Shown here: piece after piece, positions 48,223-57,033 of the stretch | How the letters are laid out: each line of letters opens with the position of its first letter | Position numbering within the stretch: the stretch's first letter is position 1 | Source of the DNA: Candidatus Latescibacterota bacterium | Lineage (GTDB): Bacteria > Latescibacterota > UBA2968 > UBA8231 | Length of the DNA: 64,000 bases | NCBI GenBank assembly: GCA_964291625.2 | Contig: OZ220089.1 | Location: 1,248,001-1,312,000 of the forward strand | Reading direction: 5' to 3' | The notes under the pieces: model-generated | Seen by the model: the letters and a program-made list of their open reading frames with translations, nothing else | Told to the model about the DNA's origin: nothing | Databases searched by the model: none | Program-made: the position numbers and the translations under genes

Positions 48223-49463
48223 GGTTGGTCTCCTTCCAATGGTATGAGTCTGCACAGCGGGATATCGAACTGGAGAGGCGCGGTAGGCTTGCTTCGGATG
48301 TAGGCCCACCACAGGGTATAGGGCTCTGCTTGTGAGTAGTCCACCTCGTACCCGATGTCCTCCAAGGCGCCGAGGCTGACAACGCTGATCTTCGTCTTGC
48401 GCCCATAGTTGGCCGAGGACATGACCTCAGGTCCGAAGACGTCGGATCTCCAGTGTCGGCTCGTTGGGCCTTGCAAGGGCACCTTCTTGCCGGGGTAGGG
48501 ACCTCCCCCTACTTCATCGAAACGCTTGATCGCCTCGGGGCCGGTGAAGTGCGGATCGTCGTCCATCACAGAGAGTCTTCGGAACTTGCGGCCGTAGGAG
48601 ACACCGATCACATGGCCCATCTCGTGCAGAAAACACCCGAGACAGCCATTCGCTTCGGTCCTCCCAGGTCTCCTTGTTCCTCGATACGCTCAGGGCGTAG
48701 GTGCTGATCAGTATCTTTCCCACCAGCGGGAAGTCATCCGGTCTGTACTTGGTGTGCCCGCCGCTCCCCAGGCCTTGATTTGTCTGTACGGGACACTCTC
48801 CACAATGACGACGATATCGTCTACGACGCCGTCCAGACGAACGCCATCCAGGACGAGGGGGTCTCCCGACAAGTCGAAATCAGGGAGGTCGCTTGTCACC
48901 ATCTTCTCCCACCTGGCGGTATCCCTTCGGAAGAGTTCGATCTCCTCTTCCGTGAACCCATGGCCCTCCTTGAAGATCAACTCGATCTGAAACCGCTCCT
49001 TGGCGTAGTCGATGCGCTCCCCGATCCGGTAGGGATTGTGCTCCCGTACTCCGGCGACGTAGAGGTATTCCCCGAGGTGCCGGAGATCCACCCAGTCGGT
49101 GTCTCCGTCCCGGTCGATGTCGAGGATGTCCATGTCGTAGTAACTGGCCATGAAGTCGTATCGCGTCAGGTAGTGCCACAGGACCGTCAGGTCCCATGAG
49201 GTGACCCGGCCGTTCCGGGTCACGTCCCCGAGCAGGATCTCCTCCTCGTCGTCCTGAGCCGCCTTGGGGGCGGGCTCCGGCGCGAATTGCTCCGCCGGCA
49301 GGACGATCCCCCGCTGCGCGAACCAGGCCACCAGGGCGGCGTAGGAGGAAGCCCTGTCATCTGGCTCCGTCGGCTGGGCGGGAGGATCCGTGCAGGAGGA
49401 GGAGAGGAGAGTCATCGCGAGGAGAAGGACGGACCGGGTCCGGGAGAGCACGGAGCGCACCAT
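48219..49463 (-). pseudogene. Lipoprotein with dockerin-like EF-hand pair and leishmanolysin-like (M8-related) zinc peptidase; two compensating indels
   Basis: Lipobox-like SSSC; GDVTRNGRVTSWDL / DIDRDGDTDWVDL; FQIELIF...ARWEKMVTSDLPD; LHEMGHVIG; HFTGPEA; HWRSDVFGPEVMS; SLGALEDIGYEVD. Indels near 48755 and 48630. Confidence 0.78.
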
Positions 49464-49945
49464 CGAGCGGGCTGTAGATCGCCTGGGGGCGAGCCAGGGC
49501 CCCATGGTCATGCCCCTGACCGATCCTCCCGAGGCTGAGGTGGTGCGCAGACCGTCCCGCGATCTCGAACGCCGTTGGGACGAGGTCAGGCCGTCGTAGG
49601 AGCGGTGGTGTGACTGGGGCCGGGGGGTGCCTGGCTCTTTTCTGGACGCCAAGGTTGGCTCTCTTCCGTTGTTGCTGTGGCCTGGTGGCTCGGTCGCGAG
49701 CGCGAACTCGGGACCAGATCTGGCGTTCACCCCCCTCGTACTACTGGGCAGGACGGCCATGCCGGGGGATCCGCGCCACCGGGTTCAGGACCTCACTTTC
49801 CAGCGATCCCGTGTGTTGCTAATATACCCTCTGGTTCGTGACCCGTGGGTGACATCTGGGGAATTCTTTGCGACTTCTTCGTGACTCCCCGCCGGTGGAT
49901 CCGATCGGTTTCCGCGACTGAGCGCCAAGCCAGGGAGCACCCGAC

Positions 49946-52345
49946 TTGAAGAGAGCCGATCCGTGCTATCAGGAGTTGGAGGCTCTGCAGGAGCGCCTGT
50001 CCCGCCTGAGCCAGGCCAGCCTGCGCCTCAACGAGAGCCTCGACTTCAACACCGTCTTGCAGGAGATCCTGGACTCGGCCCGGTCCCTTGCCGGAGCCCG
50101 TTACGGGGTGGTGACGCTGTTCGACGATTCGGGTGCTTTGGAGGACTCTCTGTCGTCCGGGTTGACCCCTGAGGAGGCGGAGCAACTCTGGAACCTGCCC
50201 GACGGGATGGGGTTCTTCGAGTACCTGGGCAGCATCAGGGCGCCCCTGCGGGTTCGGGACCTGCCCGGCCATCTCCGGTCGAGGGGCCTGCCGGAGCTCC
50301 GTCCCCCTGTAGAAGTGGGTTCCCTCGTCTCCTTTCTTGCGGCTCCGGTTCTCCACGGAGAGGAGCGGGTCGGGGGCCTGTTCCTGGCGGGGAAGGAAGG
50401 GGCCGAGGAGTTCACCCGGGAGGACGAGGCAATCCTTGTCCTGTGCGCCTCGCAGGCCGCCCTGGTCATCTCCAACGCCCGCCGACGAAGGGACGAACGG
50501 CGGGCCCGGGCCGACCTGGAGGCCCTGATCGACACCTGCCCGATCGGCGTGGTGGTCTTCGACGCGAGGACGGGATCCCTGATTTCCTTCAACCGGGAGG
50601 CGAGCCGGATCGTCGACGGCCTGCGCAAGCCGGACCAGCCGCCGGAGCAATTGCTGCGGAGCCTGACCTTCCGGCGCGGCGACGGGCGGGAGATTTCCCT
50701 GGAAGAGGTCCCCCTCGCGGCGGCGCTGAACACCGGGGAGACCGTTCGAGCCGAGCAGATCGTCATGCAAGTGCCCGACGGGCGGTCGGTCACCACGTTG
50801 ATCAACGCCACGCCCATCCCTGCGAAGGAGGGAGGCGTCGAGTCCTATGTCGTGACCCTTCAGGACCTGACTCCACTGAAGGATCTCGAGCGACTGCAGG
50901 CCGAGTTCCTGAGCATGGTCAGCCACGATCTGCGGGTGCCGCTGACCTCGATCAGAGGTTCGGCGACCGCCCTGCTGGACGCCCCCGGCGACCTGGAACC
51001 GGCGGTGATGGAACAGTTCCACCGGATCATCGTCGAGCAGTCGGACCGAATGCTCGAATTGATCGGCGCCCTGCTCGATGTGACGCGCATCCGGGCCGGT
51101 ACGCTGCCGATAGTGCCCGAGCCTGTCGAGATCGCCGGCTTGGTGGACCAGGCCCGGAACACTTTCCTGGGCGGAGGCGGGAGAGAGACTCTCGACCTCG
51201 ACCTGGAGCCAGATCTCCCCCTGGTGATGGCGGACCGGCGGCGCATCGTTCAGGTCATCGGCAACCTGCTGTCCAACGCGGCCCGGCACTCGCCGGAGTC
51301 GTCGGCCATCCGGGTGACCGCCGCGAGGGAGGATGTCCACGTCGCCGTCGCCGTCGCCGACGAGGGCCGCGGCATCGAGGCCGAGCGGTTGCCGAACCTG
51401 TTCGGGAAGTTCGCCCTGACCGAGGGAGGGGAGGGGGCCCGGGAGATCGGAGGATCGGGTCTCGGCCTGGCCATCTGCCAAGGGATCGTCGAGGCCCACG
51501 GAGGCCGCATCCGGGCCGAGAGCGGAGGGCCCGGCCTGGGAGCGCGATTCACCTTCACGATCCCGGTGGTCGAGGCCGCCGGTAGAGACGCCGGGCCGCC
51601 CTCCACAACGCCCTCGCGACAGGAGGAGAGAGGGGAAGATCGCATCCTCGTCGTCGACGACGACCCACAAGCGCTCACCTACGTCAGGCAAGTGCTCTCC
51701 GAGGCCGGATTCAAGCCGATCGTGACCGCCGACCCGAGTCAGGCGATGGTCCTCACCAAGGAGAGCCGGCCCCACCTGGTCCTGCTCGACCTGGTATGGC
51801 CCGATACCGATGGCATCGAGCTGATGACGGACCTCCTCGGTGTCGCCGACGTGCCCGTCATCTTCCTGTCGGGCTACGGCAGGGATCAGGTCATCGCGCG
51901 GGCCTTCGAGAAGGGAGCCGCCGATTACGTGGCCAAGCCCTTCTCGTCGACGGAGCTGGTGGCCAGGGTCCGGTCGGCCCTGCGCAGGTCGCGTACCGGA
52001 ACCTGGGCTGAACCCGGCGAACCGTATGTCCTGGGCGAGCTGACCGTCGACTACGGCGAACGCCGCGTTACCCTGGCCGAACGTACGCTGGAGCTGACCC
52101 CAGCCGAGTACGGCCTGCTCCGCGAGCTGTCGGTCCACGCCGGACGGACGGTCACCTACGACCGGCTGTTGCGAAGGCTGGGGGGCGGCTCGAACCCCTC
52201 CGGCGATCTGCGCAGAATCCGCACCGTCGCCAAGAGGCTCCGCCGCAAGCTCAACGACGCTGCGGACAACCCCACCTACCTCTTTACCCAGCGGGGCGTC
52301 GGCTACCGGTTGCCGAAGGGACAGCAACCTGAGGAGGCAGTTTGA
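49946..52345 (+). CDS. Cytoplasmic hybrid regulator GAF-PAS-HisKA-HATPase-REC-OmpR wHTH
   Basis: SHDLRVPL, NLLSNA, DEGRGI, GSGLGLAIC, VVDDDP, LLDL, KPFS, LTPAEY...LRRKL...RGVGY; no TM helix. Confidence 0.92.
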   Translation: MKRADPCYQELEALQERLSRLSQASLRLNESLDFNTVLQEILDSARSLAGARYGVVTLFDDSGALEDSLSSGLTPEEAEQLWNLPDGMGFFEYLGSIRAPLRVRDLPGHLRSRGLPELRPPVEVGSLVSFLAAPVLHGEERVGGLFLAGKEGAEEFTREDEAILVLCASQAALVISNARRRRDERRARADLEALIDTCPIGVVVFDARTGSLISFNREASRIVDGLRKPDQPPEQLLRSLTFRRGDGREISLEEVPLAAALNTGETVRAEQIVMQVPDGRSVTTLINATPIPAKEGGVESYVVTLQDLTPLKDLERLQAEFLSMVSHDLRVPLTSIRGSATALLDAPGDLEPAVMEQFHRIIVEQSDRMLELIGALLDVTRIRAGTLPIVPEPVEIAGLVDQARNTFLGGGGRETLDLDLEPDLPLVMADRRRIVQVIGNLLSNAARHSPESSAIRVTAAREDVHVAVAVADEGRGIEAERLPNLFGKFALTEGGEGAREIGGSGLGLAICQGIVEAHGGRIRAESGGPGLGARFTFTIPVVEAAGRDAGPPSTTPSRQEERGEDRILVVDDDPQALTYVRQVLSEAGFKPIVTADPSQAMVLTKESRPHLVLLDLVWPDTDGIELMTDLLGVADVPVIFLSGYGRDQVIARAFEKGAADYVAKPFSSTELVARVRSALRRSRTGTWAEPGEPYVLGELTVDYGERRVTLAERTLELTPAEYGLLRELSVHAGRTVTYDRLLRRLGGGSNPSGDLRRIRTVAKRLRRKLNDAADNPTYLFTQRGVGYRLPKGQQPEEAV

Positions 52346-52484
52346 TTTCTTATGCTGCCTTAGGCGGGATTCTCGGGGCCGAACAGACAGGTGGGGGAGT
52401 GAGGATGGCGTCGCCCGCTTGGAGGGAGCCTATGAGGACTTGGTAAGACGAAGGCGGAAACTGCTGCTTTGCGAGGATGGCTAA

Positions 52485-52593
52485 GCCATTGTCACGAATT
52501 TAACTACAGCTCCTCCCGGTGGCGTTCCCTCTTGGGTTACACCGACGGTGTTGGGTTACACCGACGGTGACTCAGTTATTTCGTCGCAATGCC
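52485..52593. mobile_element. 109-bp MITE with TAA target duplication (ISAzo13/IS5-like ends)
   Basis: TAA-GCCATTGTCACGAATTTAACT...AGTTATTTCGTCGCAATGCC-TAA; internal 19-bp tandem repeat. Confidence 0.75.
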
Positions 52594-52905
52594 TAAGCAT
52601 GGTGGACCCAAAGCGGAGGAGCATATGACGATGCTCCGTTTGACAACCCTGGTCGCCATTGCCCTCGCAAAGTCGCGACGGGGCCATCCGTCCTGGCCCA
52701 TGGCGAGCCGGCCCTACCGGAACACATCGAGCTTGAAGTCCTCCAGCATGTCAGCATCCCCTGCACCTCGACAAATGGCGATGCTTGGGCTCAAGAGGAA
52801 CGACCTGCTGCACGAAGACTGTCAAGTCAAGTATATGACTGCCTCTTCATGAGACGGAGATCTCGGTTCTTCTGAGAACGCACTCAGGCCAAGGAGGATG
52901 TCCAC

Positions 52906-53697
52906 ATGGACGAAACCGCAATCAAGTATCATCTGCAAAAAGCATGTAGGCTTGCAGATTGCTTCCTATGGGAATCCTTCTCTCGATCTTGGCCAAGCGC
53001 TTGGCCCGGCGACTGGCGAGGAGGAGGTGGACGGCTTGTCTTCCCGCTGAAGCATGACAAAGACGAATTGTGGAGACGGGTGAGCGAACAAGAAGCGCGA
53101 TTCTGCTTTGTCGAAGCCTTGGCGCAAAGCCCCTTTTACTACTCCGTAGAGACTCCCACCCAGAATCCGATCTATCCCAAAGCTGGACTGATGGATCTGT
53201 CCCTCTATTCTGACCCAAAAGGAATCGACCGAAGGTGGAACATAGAGTTCAAGCAGAGCGCCAGCACCAGCTTCTGGCCGGAAGCTGACATGAACAAACT
53301 ACTCGCCGAAAACTGCCAAGGCTTAGGCTTCTACCTCTTTGACATCGACAGCATGAGGGAGGGTCTTGAGTTCTGTCCTCATAGGTATACGACACCCATA
53401 AAGCGGGACATTCTGAACACGAAGACCAAATACGGGGAGAAGTGCAAACTCGGTCCAACGATCACCATCCACATGTGCTTCCTGTACCAGGGGTTTTCCC
53501 TGCACAGAGAGGTCCCCGTCGATACCCAATCCGACCTCGAAGCGTCTCTTGCCATCGACATGAGATCCCGCCAGTCTGGAGATGACAACCGATGCGTGGA
53601 TCTCGAGATCAAGGATCTCAACGGATGGTTGCTCCATCACCAAGAGCCCCTCGGATGGACTCATCCAAGGGGCCGGGGTGCACTAGCAGGCCGCTGA
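52906..53697 (+). CDS. Hypothetical PD-(D/E)xK nuclease-like protein
   Basis: SEQEARFCF, SVETPT, MDLSLY...NIEFK; RBS AGGAGG; last codons come from the adjacent IS end. Confidence 0.55.
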   Translation: MDETAIKYHLQKACRLADCFLWESFSRSWPSAWPGDWRGGGGRLVFPLKHDKDELWRRVSEQEARFCFVEALAQSPFYYSVETPTQNPIYPKAGLMDLSLYSDPKGIDRRWNIEFKQSASTSFWPEADMNKLLAENCQGLGFYLFDIDSMREGLEFCPHRYTTPIKRDILNTKTKYGEKCKLGPTITIHMCFLYQGFSLHREVPVDTQSDLEASLAIDMRSRQSGDDNRCVDLEIKDLNGWLLHHQEPLGWTHPRGRGALAGR

Positions 53698-54098
53698 TAA
53701 TGGCCCGTTTTGGAACACGTCCGGTCGATCTGGGTGGGGGAGGCGGCAAAGGATGAGACATCGCCGACCCCGGACCCCAGTGAGGAAGCGGCCGCTGGCG
53801 CGACCCGAGAGGGCCCGAGCGACTGGCCACCACGCCTGGAAGAGCCCAAGAACCGCCCCCAGCGCCCGCAGACCCCTCGGGGTCCCGCCGCCGATGCGCT
53901 TCCGCATGGCCAAGCCCAGATTGAAGGCGCTGGCTTGAAGGCTCAGCCGCTTGGAGATGGGGTGGCCCCGAAGATGAGTCCGTCGCAGACCCCCGCTTTC
54001 GTAGGTGTGAGCGAAACTGCGCTCCGCGCATTCGGCTCGACGCCGTTGCAGGGCGCGGCCCCGGTTCCCTCGAATCCGGCGTCGATTGGCATACACGG
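53687..54098 (-). mobile_element. IS1182/IS5-like transposase 3' remnant with right end
   Basis: NRRRIRG.RG...ERSFAH.YE.GGLRRTHLRG...AFNLGL; ends TTATCAGCGGCCTG-CTAG. Confidence 0.75.
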
Positions 54099-55441
54099 TG
54101 TAAGGAATCCACCGATTTTCGCCCTTAAGGGACATCTACTTTCGCGCACCCCGCGATCCGTCGCTCGGCGCCATCCTTGGAGGAGTCGTTCCTCAGCCAA
54201 GGGGGCCGGGCATGACCAAGTTGCGGGAGGAAGATCTGGTGTGTGCGCAAGTCTTGACCGCCGAGTGCGGTCGCAGCGTTCGCTCGGCGGCCCAGGAGTT
54301 GGGGGTCGCCGAGAGCACCCTTCGCTACCGGCTCAAGCGTCGAGCCGAGGGGGTGGAGGACGGTCGCCGGGGCAAGCCGGAGGCCTGTTCGGCCCATGAC
54401 GGGGTGATTCAGGCGTGGATCCAGGGACAGCAAGAGCGTGTGCAAGAGGGCCAGCGGCCGGAGCCGGTGCGGGCCCTCTACGACACCCTGGTCCGCGAGC
54501 ACGGCTACCGGGGGACCTACAAGGCGGTGGCCCGCTATGTGCGGCGACGCCGGCCGCCGCCGAAGGTGCGCCCGCTGCGTCGGGTGGAGGTGCGGCCGGG
54601 CAGCCAGGCGCAGGTGGACTGGGTCGAGCCCTGGGTGCAGGTGCGCGAGCTGGGTGGTCGCACGCGGCTGAGCGCCTTCAGCCTGTCGCTCAGCTTTTCG
54701 CGCATGTGGTCGGTGCAGTGGCGGCTCGACCAGGGCCAGCTGTCCTGGCAGGAGGCGCACAATCGCGCCTTCGAGGCGGTACAGGGGGTGCCCTGGAGCG
54801 TGCGCTTCGACAACTGCAAGACCGCCGTGGTCCGCCGCGGCGGGCCGTGGGCGATCCTCAACGACGACTACGCCGCCTACGCCCGGCAGCTGGGCTTCGT
54901 GCCGGACGCCTGCCGGATCCGCCGGCCCACCGACAAGGGCCAGGTCGAGCGGCGGGTGCGCGATGTGCGCTGGAATCTGATCCGGCGCAACGAGCGCTTC
55001 GAGACCCTGGCCGAGTTGCAGACGGCGTCCGATCTGCGGGTGCTCGAGTCGGCCGAGCGCCTGCGCTGTCCGCTGACCGGCCAGTCGGTGGCCGAGTCCT
55101 GGCAGGTGGAGCGGCCTCACCTGGCGCCGCTGCCGGAAACCTTGCCCACCCCCTTCGACACGCAGGTGCAGCGAGACGTGGGCCGCGACGGCCTGGTGCG
55201 CTTCGACGGCCGCGAATACGGCGTGCCCTTCGCCTGGGTGGGCCGCGCCGTGCAGGTGCGCGGCTGCGCCGCCACGGTCGAGATCTACGTCGAGGACCGC
55301 TGTGTGATGAGCTATCCGCGCCATACGGCCTGTCGCCGTCTCATCGATCAACGCTGTTACGAGGGGGCGCCGCCGGATCATCTCGAGGCGCCCACGCCCC
55401 TGGGGCGCTTGGCCCAGCAGATCGTGCTGCCGAAAAGCTGA
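54099..55441 (+). mobile_element. istA: IS21-family element: left end plus istA (54212-55441), 3'-truncated, no istB
   Basis: Starts TGTAAGGAATCC. EVRPGSQAQVDW, LSFSR, FDNCKTAV, DKGQVER, VGRDGLVRFDGREYGVP. Confidence 0.9.
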
Positions 55442-55864
55442 GGTCCTGCTGATCCGGACTCCCCCCGGCAAGTACAGAATCCCAGAGGATACGATGTCAG
55501 CGTTCTGGGCTTTCTCTATGACGGAGAGAAGTGGTCATACGCTGAAATCGGGAGGTGGTCGGGAAGGGTAGGTTTCTGCCATAGCGCCAATAGCTGGAGA
55601 GACCGAGTGTCAGGTGAGGATGTGGCAAAGTCATCAGGAGATGGAAGGTATCCCGATATCCATCCGGACTGGCAACTTGCTCAGCATATAGCCAGGGGCA
55701 AGAGGGTGTCCTTCCTCCAGGGGTTCAACAACTCAGAGATGGAGACCTGGGACTCATTGGAAGCCCAACCCCGTGGGCGGCGCCTCACCTCGGCTGCCCT
55801 GGTGGGGAACGGGGCGACAAAACAACTCGCCGCGTCATCCAACACGCGTCGAGTCCGACCTTGA
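55440..55864 (+). pseudogene. 3' half of PD-(D/E)xK-like gene (5' replaced by IS21)
   Basis: SGEDVAKSSGDGRYPDIH matches 33236-33898. Confidence 0.85.
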
Positions 55865-55880
55865 CCAGAAGAGGTAGTCG

Positions 55881-56413
55881 ATGGGCCTCTTGGTGAGTGA
55901 TGAGCTGACGGACGGGCAGTTGGAGCAGCTGATGGAACTGTACAAGGGCGAGTGGTGGTCCAGTTCACGTACACGGCCTGATGTCCAACGGATGCTTCAC
56001 AGCAGCGACGTACTCTTCGTAGTCACGGAGGAAAGCGCCGGGAATCTACTGGGGTTCGCCCGTGTTCTGACCGATGACGTGTACTATGCTCTCGTTCTCG
56101 ATGTGATTGTCGACAGGGGGAAGCGCGGTAAGGCTTTGTCACGAATCAACTGAACTACTGCGGCGGCGGTCGTCCCCGGCAACACCTTTACTGCTGACTC
56201 ATCTATTTCTGCGCGGTGCCTAAGGGTGTCGGGAGATTCCTGATGGATGCGGTCGTTTCCCACCCACGTCTCCTTGCCGTTCGGAGTATCGAACTCGTCT
56301 GTCAGCCGGAACTCGTCCAGTTCTATCAGAAGTGGGAGTTCACTGATGCCGTTGGTCGATCTCTGCTGATGAGACGGACTGACGACAGCCTGCTTGCCAG
56401 CCCCGGACGTTGA
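55881..56413 (+). pseudogene. GNAT copy interrupted by a MITE
   Basis: Same protein as 33944-34384, split at GK|GVG. Confidence 0.9.
56132..56220. mobile_element. 89-bp MITE with TAA target duplication
   Basis: The empty site GGTAAGGGTGTC is present in copy 1. The filled site reads TAA-GGCTTTGTCACGAAT...ATTTCTGCGCGGTGCC-TAA. Confidence 0.9.
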
Positions 56414-56434
56414 CAGCCAGAGACGATCCGCTTC

Positions 56435-56983
56435 TCAGAGGAAGATATCCCGCACCGGAAGGGTCCAGTCGGGCACGACCTCCCCGCCTTCGAGCACGTC
56501 GTCGATGGTCAGGACTCGGACGTCCTCGTGCGAGCGGTACAGGGTTGCCGTCTGGTCTTCCGGATCGACCACCACGACCAGGCGGGTCCCGGCGTCGAGC
56601 CAGTCGGCGATCTTGTCCTCCACCTCCCCGGAGGTTTCGCCGGGTGAGAGGACCTCGGCTGCAAGGTCGGGTGCACCCGGCCAGAAGCCTCCGGTCTCGC
56701 CCACCGCCTCGACCCGTTCCCGACGGACGAAGGCAACGTCCGGGGCCCCCACCACGTCGGGGTCCGAGGCCAGCTAGAAGCCGGTTCCACCAGCATAGAC
56801 GGCACCGAGTTGATTCGCCCGGACGAACTGGTCCAGGGGGGTGGTGAGATTGAGCGCGATTCTGTCGTGTCGGTGGCCGGCGGGACTCGTCTTCCTCAAC
56901 TCTCCCCGGACGAGTTCGTAGGGAAAACCATCGTCCTTCATCAGCAACAACTCGTCGGCGGTGACCCCTGCGGCGGTCGTCAT
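56435..56983 (-). pseudogene. Uma2 endonuclease copy with premature TAG
   Basis: AAG(K) in copy 1 is TAG at 56776-56774; the rest stays in frame. Confidence 0.88.
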
Positions 56984-57033
56984 GGGAACCTCCATATGGG
57001 GCAGGCAGGGAACCTCTATCCCTGAACTCTTAC

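Noticed and set aside
49793-52327. 844-aa antisense ORF, and many similar long Arg/Gly/Pro-rich ORFs (e.g. 26033-28861, 61135-63666)
   Set aside because: Shadow frames of high-GC genes with no motifs.
52532-52569. CRISPR-like repeat
   Set aside because: Two adjacent 19-bp units with no spacer and no cas genes.
56774-56776. Pyrrolysine/amber readthrough in Uma2 copy 2
   Set aside because: A simple AAG to TAG change in a copy with other damage, and no pyl genes in the window.
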